From positions 1,191,371-1,223,370 of the forward strand of contig NZ_JBOZXB010000001.1 of assembly GCF_051660365.1 (NCBI RefSeq): a DNA stretch of 32,000 nt. Direction: 5' to 3'. Under the pieces are notes generated by a model. The model was not told the DNA's origin. It saw nothing but the letters and a program-made list of their open reading frames with translations, and searched no databases. Below are positions 7,342-14,763 of the stretch, one piece after another. The position numbers and the translations under genes were made by a program. The DNA is from Oleiharenicola lentus (GTDB lineage Bacteria > Verrucomicrobiota > Verrucomicrobiia > Opitutales > Opitutaceae). The stretch's first letter is position 1. Each line of letters begins with the position of its first letter.

Positions 7342-8337
7342 ATGTCTCGCCGCGTTTTGATTCCTCCCTCGCTTCCCCGTTCGCTGCCCATCGGCGGCGG
7401 AAATTTGGCGCGCGCGATTTGGGATTTTAGCGGCGCGACGATGGGCACGTATTGGAAAGCGCGCGTGGTGGAGTGCACCACACTCGCGCGCCCGGACGCT
7501 AAAAAAATCATCACGCATGCACTCGGCCTCGTCGTGGCGCGCATGAGTCCGTGGGAAACAGACTCCGACCTCGGACGTTACCGCGCGGCGCCACGGGACT
7601 CGTGGGTGTCAATCAGCACAGAGACATTCGTCGTGCTTTCACGCGCGCTCGAAGTCGCCGCGCTCACCGAAGGACGCTACGATCCGACTATCGGCCGGCT
7701 CACGGATGCGCTCGGCTTTGGCCCGAGCGGCAAGGAGCACGTGGTCGCGCTGGATTCATCCGTCGCGCAAATCGCACGCACTCACTCCGGCTACGCGCGC
7801 GTCACACTCGATACGACGCGATGCGCGGTGTTTCAACCCGGCGGCATGGAACTGGATTTGTGTTCGATTGCGAAAGGTTACGCCGTGGATCTCGCGATCG
7901 AAAAGCTGCGCACCGCCGGCGTGGAAAGTTGTTTCGTCGAAATCGGCGGCGAAGCGCGCGGCGTCGGTTGCAAACCCGACGGCCAGCCGTGGTGGTGTTT
8001 AATCGAACCGCCGCCGATCGCGGGCCACGCGTTGACGTCGATCGTTGCCGCCGCGTGCGATCTAGCACTCGCGACGTCGGGCAACTCGTTGCGCCCGCAC
8101 ATCGTTAATCCGCGCGCCGACGAATCGATCGAGCCGACGCTCGAAAGCGTCACGGTGCTCGCGCCGACTTGCATGGAAGCCGACGTGTGGGCCACCGCGC
8201 TATTCGTGCTCGGCGCGGAAGCCGGCGCGACGTTCGCGCAGACGCACGGACTCGCGGCGATGTTCGTGGAAAATCTTCCGGCACACGGGCACCGCGAACG
8301 CTGGTCGCCCCAGTTCGCAGCCTTTCTCGCTGAATAA
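7342..8337 (+). CDS. apbE: FAD:protein FMN transferase (ApbE family)
   Basis: GATMGTYWKARVV start motif, DPTIG, CSIAKGYAVD and ATSGN segments are typical of ApbE. An in-frame TAA two codons upstream of the ATG fixes the earliest possible start. Confidence 0.85.
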   Translation: MSRRVLIPPSLPRSLPIGGGNLARAIWDFSGATMGTYWKARVVECTTLARPDAKKIITHALGLVVARMSPWETDSDLGRYRAAPRDSWVSISTETFVVLSRALEVAALTEGRYDPTIGRLTDALGFGPSGKEHVVALDSSVAQIARTHSGYARVTLDTTRCAVFQPGGMELDLCSIAKGYAVDLAIEKLRTAGVESCFVEIGGEARGVGCKPDGQPWWCLIEPPPIAGHALTSIVAAACDLALATSGNSLRPHIVNPRADESIEPTLESVTVLAPTCMEADVWATALFVLGAEAGATFAQTHGLAAMFVENLPAHGHRERWSPQFAAFLAE

Positions 8338-8361
8338 CCCTTTTCCATTTTTCTTTAACTC

Positions 8362-9570
8362 ATGAAAATCGCCTCCGTTCTCACGCTCTGCGCGGCCGCC
8401 GCATTTGCGGCAGGTTGCCAACACACGTCCACGCCGCCGACTCCGCCCGCGACTCCCGCCCCGGTTGCGGCGGTCGAAACACCGGCCGCGCCAGCAGCAA
8501 CTCCCGCGAAACCCGCCGTCGCTCCCGCGCCCGAAAACGCCACGTCGTATCTGTTCGGTTGGGGCGATGTCCCGACGAAAATCGCAAATCCGCGCGGCGG
8601 TTCTTCGCGCGGCGCGCCCGTGACGCTCGCGCCGGATCGCGCGTTACCGCTCGCGGAAGTCGCGAACGCGCGCGATGCGTTTGCCAAGGATCGCGCGGCG
8701 ATCCTCGCGCTCGCGGGCGACTACAAAGTGACCTTCCACTTTATGGAAACCGTCGGGCTCACGGAAAAATATTCACCGAAAGCGCCGTATCATTCGTGGG
8801 CGACCGAGCAGGTGCGCGTGCTCGCCGACACCGGGAAGTTGATCAGCCTGCAACACACGCTCGTGATGTTCATGAAGAAAGACGATGGCACGATTTCCGA
8901 GCCGATGGTGATGAAGCATTGGCGTCAGGATTGGATTTACGAAGACACCGACCTGCACACGTTCCGCGGACAAAACACGTGGGCGCGCAAAACGCTCACC
9001 GCCGACGAAGCGCGCGGCACGTGGTCGCAAGCGGTGTTCCAAGTCGACGACTCGCCGCGTTACGAAGCGTTCGGCCCATGGACGCACAACGGCAATGTTT
9101 CGCAATGGACCGGCTCGCGCGAATTCCGGCCGTTGCCGCGGCGCGAACACACGACGCGCAAAGATTACGACGTGATGGAGGGCGTGCACCGCATCGTGCT
9201 CACGCCGACCGGCTGGCTGCACGAGCAACAAAATTGGAAACGCGTTTCCGGCGACACGAGCGTGGCCCCGACTTACGTGGCGCAAGAACTCGGCCTTGAT
9301 CGCTACGATCGCATCACTGCGCCGAGCCTCGCGGCGGCGGACAAGTATTTCGAAAAGAGCGGCGCTTACTGGACACTCGTGCGCAAAGTCTGGGCGGAGG
9401 AATTCACCCGGCGCGACCGCTTCGTTTTCCTCGCCCGCAAAAATGGCCAGAGCAGCTTCGAAGCGCCCTTTGCTTACGCCGAAAAACTCGAAAAGGGAGA
9501 ACCCTTCAATGCCGTTGAAGCGGAACAACATGCCCGCGCCAGCATCGAAGCTTTTATCGAGCAAAAGTAA
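8362..9570 (+). CDS. Uncharacterised lipoprotein with Pro/Ala-rich linker
   Basis: Lipobox LCAAAAFAAGC, then a TPPTPPATPAPVAAVETPAAPAATPAKPAVAPAP linker and a Trp-rich globular domain of about 320 aa. It may correspond to a DUF family (DUF6607-like, from memory), which I could not verify. Confidence 0.7.
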   Translation: MKIASVLTLCAAAAFAAGCQHTSTPPTPPATPAPVAAVETPAAPAATPAKPAVAPAPENATSYLFGWGDVPTKIANPRGGSSRGAPVTLAPDRALPLAEVANARDAFAKDRAAILALAGDYKVTFHFMETVGLTEKYSPKAPYHSWATEQVRVLADTGKLISLQHTLVMFMKKDDGTISEPMVMKHWRQDWIYEDTDLHTFRGQNTWARKTLTADEARGTWSQAVFQVDDSPRYEAFGPWTHNGNVSQWTGSREFRPLPRREHTTRKDYDVMEGVHRIVLTPTGWLHEQQNWKRVSGDTSVAPTYVAQELGLDRYDRITAPSLAAADKYFEKSGAYWTLVRKVWAEEFTRRDRFVFLARKNGQSSFEAPFAYAEKLEKGEPFNAVEAEQHARASIEAFIEQK

Positions 9571-9631
9571 TCTTAATTTCGCCCAACCAACAGTTGCCAA
9601 ACCCACCTCAACCACTACGTTCCCTCCAGCC

Positions 9632-10111
9632 ATGAAAACCCTCTCTTCCGCCAAAGTTAAAACGAGCCCGGTCGTCGCCGGTCTGAACCTTTTGCTGGCC
9701 GACTCTTACGCGCTCATGGCGCTCTCGCACCACGCCCACTGGAATGTCGAAGGCCAGGACTTCTTCGCGCTCCATACCGCTTTCCAGACGCACTACGAAA
9801 ACCTGTTCGAAGCCATCGATGAAATCGCCGAACGCACCCGCGCACTCGACGCGTATTCGAACGGCGGCCTCAAGGCCCTCGCCAAGGAATCCGGCATCGA
9901 AGAATTCCCGACCGGCTCCGTCGCCGCGAAGGATTACGTCGCCGGCTTGGTTGTCGCTCACGAAAAGACCCTCGCCGATGCCGTCGCCGTCCGTGACACC
10001 GCCGGCGCCGCGAACGATCTTGAGACGCAAGACCTCGTCATCGGTCGCATTCAATGGCACGAAAAGACGCTGTGGATGCTCCGCAGCTACTTGAAGCCCT
10101 CGCACGCCTAA
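9632..10111 (+). CDS. dps: Dps family DNA-protecting/iron-storage protein
   Basis: LNLLLADSYALMALSHHAHWNVEGQDFFALHTAFQTHYE...DEIAERTRAL is a classic Dps ferroxidase-site region. Start chosen at the in-frame ATG 9632, because the longer ORF from 9296 overlaps the lipoprotein gene. Confidence 0.9.
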   Translation: MKTLSSAKVKTSPVVAGLNLLLADSYALMALSHHAHWNVEGQDFFALHTAFQTHYENLFEAIDEIAERTRALDAYSNGGLKALAKESGIEEFPTGSVAAKDYVAGLVVAHEKTLADAVAVRDTAGAANDLETQDLVIGRIQWHEKTLWMLRSYLKPSHA

Positions 10112-10121
10112 CCTTTCCAAC

Positions 10122-10153
10122 GATGCGCCAGTCTTACCGCTGGCGCATTTCTT
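10122..10153 (+). terminator. Intrinsic terminator after dps
   Basis: Stem ATGCGCCAG (10123-10131) pairs with CTGGCGCAT (10140-10148) around an 8-nt loop, followed by TTCTT. Confidence 0.6.
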
Positions 10154-10190
10154 GAGATCCTTATTGAGACTGAGTTTTAATCCCATTCGC

Positions 10191-10655
10191 ATGAGCCACC
10201 TTACGTTAGCCCCTGTTGAGACGACGATCACCCCGGTTCGCACCGTCGTTTCCTGCCCGCTTAATCACGGTGTCGCCACGCTGGACCACTTGCTCGCGGA
10301 GCTGATGGGGGACGCCGATTCGGCGGCGTTTGATGCCGCGCTGGATTTGCGCTGGCTGCTCGCCCACTCCGACGATGCGAATGCGATGGTCAGTGAGTTT
10401 TTCCGCCTGCGCGCGTTGATTGAAGAGCGTCACTACCTCGCCTGTTTCCGCCTGCGTCGCTGGCTTGAAAGCCAGCTCGTCGCGTGGGTTTCCGAGACGC
10501 GTCACTCTCCCGCCGTCTGCACGGAATTGAAGCTCGCCGGTTGCGTCGAGTCCGTCCGCGCCAGCTGTATCCGCCTTGCCCTCGAAGGTGCGCCCACGAC
10601 GCCGTGGACACGCGTGCGTTTCGCGTTCAGCCGCACGGCGGCGATTGGCGCTTAA
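10191..10655 (+). CDS. Hypothetical protein (orphan, 154 aa); could instead be part of a long leader
   Basis: Open frame with G/C-biased third positions. No signal peptide, no recognisable motif and no obvious RBS. The opposite-strand ORF looks like a shadow. Confidence 0.35.
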   Translation: MSHLTLAPVETTITPVRTVVSCPLNHGVATLDHLLAELMGDADSAAFDAALDLRWLLAHSDDANAMVSEFFRLRALIEERHYLACFRLRRWLESQLVAWVSETRHSPAVCTELKLAGCVESVRASCIRLALEGAPTTPWTRVRFAFSRTAAIGA

Positions 10656-10663
10656 CTTTTTTC

Positions 10664-10679
10664 CGCGAAATTCTTCGCG
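10664..10679. promoter_or_regulatory. 6-4-6 inverted repeat CGCGAA-ATTC-TTCGCG upstream of the second TonB receptor
   Basis: Perfect 6-nt arms read directly from the sequence. Function (operator or small hairpin) unknown. Confidence 0.3.
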
Positions 10680-10681
10680 AA

Positions 10682-10719
10682 CGACCCTGCTCTCCACCTG
10701 AGACAGGGTCGCATTTTTT
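10682..10719 (+). terminator. Terminator-like hairpin plus T6 run ending 5 nt before the receptor ATG
   Basis: CGACCCTG(C)TCT at 10682-10693 pairs with AGACAGGGTCG at 10701-10711 (11 bp, one bulge, 7-nt loop), followed by CATTTTTTA. Confidence 0.5.
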
Positions 10720-10724
10720 ACACC

Positions 10725-12893
10725 ATGCAATCCGTAGTTAAATCGTCACTGCGCCTCGGCGCTCTCTTGTTCGTCACGCCCCTGCTGTGGGCTCAAACCG
10801 CTCAGACCCCGAGCAACTCCTCGTCGACGACCGACGACGGCGTCGTGCGCCTCGACGATTTCAAGGTCACCGATCAACGTGACGCCTACAAAGGCAACAC
10901 CTCCATCACCGGCATGAAAACCGACACGCCGCTCATCGACGTGCCGGCACCAATTCAAGTCATTACGAAAGAGCTGATCGAAGACGTCGGCGCGCTCGAC
11001 ATCACCGATCTCTATCAGTTCATGGGCAGCGTCACCGAATTTTCCTACGGCGGCGTGAGCGCGCGCGGTTTCCGTCAGGAGCAGACGCGTTACAACGGCA
11101 TCGCCGGCAGTCCGTTCAATGACTTCGGCATCCTCACGCTCAATAACGTCGAACAAGTCGAAGTCCTCAAAGGCCCCGTCGGCCTCCTCTATGGCGACAA
11201 CGAACCGGGCGGCCTCATCAACATCGTCACCGCAAAACCCAAAGCCAAATTCGGCGGCTCGGTGAACGCGCGCGTCGGTAGCTACGACCTCCGTGGCGGC
11301 AGCTTCTCCGTCACCGGCCCCATCGATCAGAAGAAACGTTTTCTCTATCTCGTCAGCGCGAGCTACAACGAAAAGGAAAGCTTCCGTAACAACTACGGCC
11401 AGGAAGCGCTCAATCTCGTCGGCTCGCTCACGTGGGTCATTTCCGAAGCCACCCGTCTCAACGTCGAAGTCGAAGACGTAACCAACAAACAACCCGGTGC
11501 CCGCATCCGCGGCGTGCCGTTCCTCGCGTTCAGCGCGCCCGGCGTGCTCGCGCCGACCGGCACCAAAGGCGGTTCGTTTATCGCGCCGATCAGCCACTCG
11601 CCGACCGAGCCGACTGATTTCCAAAATCTTTTCACGACAATCTATAGCGCGCGACTCGATCACGCGTTCTCGAGCAATCTACGCCTGAATGCATTCGTTC
11701 GCTGGTATGAAAGCGAATCCGAGCAAGCTTACCACGAAGGCAACTTGATGGTCGGCCCGGCCTTCGTCGAACAACTGCGCGAATTCCGCCACCAGCTCCG
11801 CCTGAACGACGAACTCGCGTGGGCCGCCAACGTGATCGGCGATTACGAAATCGCAAAAACCACGCACAAAATTCTCGCCGGCGTGGACTACTCGAGTGTG
11901 AACCGCGTATTCTACTCCGTCGCCGTCGCCCAAGCCAGCGTCGCGCGCATCAACGTCCTTAATCCTGTTTACGGCGTCAGCGGCCTCACCGACGACTCGG
12001 TGCCATTCGGCGCCGCCGTGCCCAACGACACCGACAAGATCCGCACCGGCTATTACGTGCAGGATCAAATTTCGTTCGGCGAAAAATGGCGCCTCGTTCT
12101 CGGTGCACGTTATGAAGATTTCGAAGACACCCGTTTCCGCCCGACCACCGATTCGTTTTCCGATAGTGTCTTCACCTACCGCGGCGCCGTCGGCTACAAG
12201 ATTCAACCCAACGCGCTCGCCTACTACAGCTATGCGATGGGGTTGAAGCCGCAAACGCTCGGCAGCGAAGACCAGAACGGCCCCTTCCCTCCACAGGAAA
12301 GCCTGTCGCACGAAGCCGGCGTCAAATGGGACATTTTGCAAAATCGCCTCAGCCTCACCGCATCGATCTACGACATCACCAAGACCAACATCCTTGAACG
12401 CGATCCGACGCCCGGCGCCCCGACCAACTGGCTCGCGCCCATCGGCGAAGTTACCAGCCGTGGCTTCGAATTCGATGCGAGCGGCCAGCTCACGAAATCG
12501 TGGAATCTCTCTGCCAACTACGCCTACAACGACACCAAGGTCACCGACGCCGGCACGTTCGGCACCGCCGTCGGCAGTCGTTTCCCGAATGCTCCGCGCC
12601 ACAAATTCGGCGTGTGGACGCGCCATAATTTCCTGAAGGACGACAAACTCGGCGTCGCCGTCGGCGTGAATTACGTCGGCGCGCGCGAGAACTTCACCGG
12701 CGTGCAGGATTTCCCCGCCGCTTCCTACACGATTTATAATGCCGCGCTTTACTACCGCTGGAACCAGGTTCGCTTCGCCCTCAAGTGCGAGAATATCGCC
12801 GACAAGGTGTATTCACGCAGCGTGCTCGGCGGCGAAGGCCACTTCCCGGGCACGCCGAGAAATTACACTTTCACGACGTCCTACAGCTTCTAA
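10725..12893 (+). CDS. TonB-dependent siderophore receptor
   Basis: Signal peptide, TonB-box-like VVRLDDFKVT, plug motifs (VEQVEVLKGPVGLLYG, GGLINIVTAKP), FhuE/FhuA-like barrel, C-terminal TTSYSF. Confidence 0.9.
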   Translation: MQSVVKSSLRLGALLFVTPLLWAQTAQTPSNSSSTTDDGVVRLDDFKVTDQRDAYKGNTSITGMKTDTPLIDVPAPIQVITKELIEDVGALDITDLYQFMGSVTEFSYGGVSARGFRQEQTRYNGIAGSPFNDFGILTLNNVEQVEVLKGPVGLLYGDNEPGGLINIVTAKPKAKFGGSVNARVGSYDLRGGSFSVTGPIDQKKRFLYLVSASYNEKESFRNNYGQEALNLVGSLTWVISEATRLNVEVEDVTNKQPGARIRGVPFLAFSAPGVLAPTGTKGGSFIAPISHSPTEPTDFQNLFTTIYSARLDHAFSSNLRLNAFVRWYESESEQAYHEGNLMVGPAFVEQLREFRHQLRLNDELAWAANVIGDYEIAKTTHKILAGVDYSSVNRVFYSVAVAQASVARINVLNPVYGVSGLTDDSVPFGAAVPNDTDKIRTGYYVQDQISFGEKWRLVLGARYEDFEDTRFRPTTDSFSDSVFTYRGAVGYKIQPNALAYYSYAMGLKPQTLGSEDQNGPFPPQESLSHEAGVKWDILQNRLSLTASIYDITKTNILERDPTPGAPTNWLAPIGEVTSRGFEFDASGQLTKSWNLSANYAYNDTKVTDAGTFGTAVGSRFPNAPRHKFGVWTRHNFLKDDKLGVAVGVNYVGARENFTGVQDFPAASYTIYNAALYYRWNQVRFALKCENIADKVYSRSVLGGEGHFPGTPRNYTFTTSYSF

Positions 12894-12901
12894 GGTTTTC
12901 C

Positions 12902-12930
12902 TTACGCCGCCTCGCGCGGCGTAATTTTTT
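12902..12930 (+). terminator. Terminator-like hairpin plus T6 run abutting the PepSY gene ATG
   Basis: TTACGCCGC (12902-12910) pairs with GCGGCGTAA (12916-12924) around a 5-nt loop, then TTTTTT at 12925-12930. The ATG is at 12932. Confidence 0.5.
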
Positions 12931-12931
12931 A

Positions 12932-14365
12932 ATGAAAACCAAAACGCTCTTTAACTGGCACCTCTGGCTCGGGTTGGTCACGGGCGTTTTCATGTTCATC
13001 ATCGGCGGCAGCGGCGCCGTCGCGGTTTTCATCGAGGAAATTGACTGGCTCGTGACGCCCGCGCTGCGCGCTTCCGCCAAACCCGGCCAGCCTCGCGCCG
13101 GCATCGACCGCATTGTTTCCACGGTGCGCACGACGTATCCCGGCGACCGGCTGACCACCCTGAATCTTTCTGAACGACCTTCGTTTGCGCACGTCGCGAA
13201 AGTGCAGTCGAAGGAGCGCGGCAACCTCGATGTGTTCATCGATCCCGTGACCGGAAAGATCAACGGCGACCGCGAATACTCGGGTGCCTACACGTCCACG
13301 CTGCGCAATTTCATCCGGCAACTTCACCTGCGTTTATTCATGGGCTTGTGGGGCCGTGTTTTCGTCGGCGTGTTCGGCGTGACGCTGGTGTTGTCATGCA
13401 TCACCGGATTGTGGATTTATCGCGGCTGGATTAAAAACCTCTTCCGCTTCCGCTGGAATTCCGCCGGAGCACGCGTGCGCTGGTCGGATTTACACAAACT
13501 CGTCGGCGTGTGGTCGCTGGCATTTAATATCCTCATCGGCGTCACCGGCGCGGTGTTTGGTTTCGAAAATCTGACCAACCAGATTCGCTCTAAATGGCTG
13601 CGCCCCGCGTCCACGGCGGAAGCCGCCGCGCAAAACCCGCGCGCCCGCGAACCGCGCCCAGCCGCACCCACCACGCCACCGCTTCCACTGGAAACGATCC
13701 TCGCGAAAGCCCACGCCGCATTTCCCGAACTCACCGTGCGCTCGATCTCGTTTCCCAATCAGGCCAACGGACCGATCGCCCTTCAAGGCGATGTGCCGAG
13801 CGCGCTCGTGCAGCAAAGCCATGTGCGTCGCGCAAATTCGATCACGCTCGATCCCTACACCGGTGAAGTGCGCCGACAAGTTGATGGTCGCGACGCCAGG
13901 GGCTGGAGCCGCCTCTACTCGAGTTTCGATCCGCTGCACTTCGGTTACTTTGGCGGCATCCCGACAAAAGTAATCTGGTTCGTGCTCGGACTCAGCCCCA
14001 GCGTGCTCGCCCTGAGCGGCACGTGGCTGTGGTGGCGGCGCACGCGCGCACACCGCACGCCGCCAAAAAAACTCCCCGCATCGACCCCTTCGCCGCACGT
14101 CAAATCCATCACGTGGATCGTCGCCGGCCTCACGCTCATCGGCGCGTATGTCCTCGTCTCACGCGCGCAAGGCAGTTGGGCCTTGTCTGGAAAAACCATC
14201 GAGTTCGGCCTCGCCAAACCCGTCGCGCTCGCGCTCGTCGCCTTTCCAGTTTCCGGATTCCTCCTGTGGCTGGCGCTCCGATCTCAGGCGCATCGTCTCA
14301 AATTTGCGGCTACCGCCACGCTCTGCAGTGCGTGGTATCTTTTGCTGGTCTCGCTCTTTCAGTGA
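12932..14365 (+). CDS. PepSY domain-containing transmembrane protein (FoxB/PiuB-like)
   Basis: LFNWHLWLGLVTGVFMFIIGGSGAVAVF start helix, FIRQLHLRLFMG and DPLHFGYFGGIPTKVIWFVLG motifs. Start set at ATG 12932, because the upstream ORF extension overlaps the receptor gene. Confidence 0.85.
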   Translation: MKTKTLFNWHLWLGLVTGVFMFIIGGSGAVAVFIEEIDWLVTPALRASAKPGQPRAGIDRIVSTVRTTYPGDRLTTLNLSERPSFAHVAKVQSKERGNLDVFIDPVTGKINGDREYSGAYTSTLRNFIRQLHLRLFMGLWGRVFVGVFGVTLVLSCITGLWIYRGWIKNLFRFRWNSAGARVRWSDLHKLVGVWSLAFNILIGVTGAVFGFENLTNQIRSKWLRPASTAEAAAQNPRAREPRPAAPTTPPLPLETILAKAHAAFPELTVRSISFPNQANGPIALQGDVPSALVQQSHVRRANSITLDPYTGEVRRQVDGRDARGWSRLYSSFDPLHFGYFGGIPTKVIWFVLGLSPSVLALSGTWLWWRRTRAHRTPPKKLPASTPSPHVKSITWIVAGLTLIGAYVLVSRAQGSWALSGKTIEFGLAKPVALALVAFPVSGFLLWLALRSQAHRLKFAATATLCSAWYLLLVSLFQ

Positions 14366-14390
14366 CGAGGCGCGCTCCCGCGCGGCCCGT

Positions 14391-14696
14391 TTAGCGCATG
14401 CCGAAGAAAATCGCGGCCAACCACATCAAGCCGTGCACCGAGACCGCATAAAATGGAAGATTCAGCAGCTGCCGCACGATGTTCGGACGGTTTTTGTCGG
14501 CGATTTCGCGGCCGGAAAAAATAAAACCGCACACCCAGGCCACTGGCAGTGAGAATAAACTGACGGACAAAATTTTCGACCAGAGCGCAAACTTCTCCGC
14601 GTTTGGCCCGTGGGCAATCACGCCCAGCATAAACACGGAAATCGCCATCGCGGCCAACATCATCAAACCACCCAGCACAAGCAGGAGAATACGCAT
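14391..14696 (-). CDS. Hypothetical small integral membrane protein (101 aa, about 3 TM)
   Basis: Three hydrophobic segments and plausible codon bias. No family recognised. Confidence 0.5.
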   Translation of the reverse strand: MRILLLVLGGLMMLAAMAISVFMLGVIAHGPNAEKFALWSKILSVSLFSLPVAWVCGFIFSGREIADKNRPNIVRQLLNLPFYAVSVHGLMWLAAIFFGMR

Positions 14697-14763
14697 AAAT
14701 TAGCGGTATAAGTTCAGCACCGTTTGTCGACTCTCACGGGAAATTATCACGCAAAGCGGCATG

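Noticed and set aside
9296-9631. N-terminal extension of the Dps ORF (271-aa version); likewise 12785-12931 for the third PepSY gene
   Set aside because: The extensions overlap the preceding well-supported genes in another frame. Family-typical N-termini begin at the internal ATGs (9632 and 12932).
10112-10724. Possible cobalamin (or other) riboswitch upstream of the second TonB-dependent receptor
   Set aside because: I looked for a B12-box-like element (GCCACTG context) and the conserved GGGAA/GGTGAAA-type core and did not find a convincing match. The receptor also looks siderophore-type and is paired with a PepSY gene. A covariance-model scan would be needed for a definitive answer.
600-10724. 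Fur boxes in front of the two receptor operons
   Set aside because: No AT-rich 19-bp GATAATGATAATCATTATC-like palindrome was visible upstream of 764 or 10725. The lineage's Fur motif may differ, so absence by eye is not conclusive. I report no site.
642-14750. Recurring short motif TCGACTCTC / GACTCTCTC (about 637-649, 722-730, about 14734-14746)
   Set aside because: It is only 8-9 nt long, the contexts are inconsistent, and this many occurrences are expected by chance in 32 kb.
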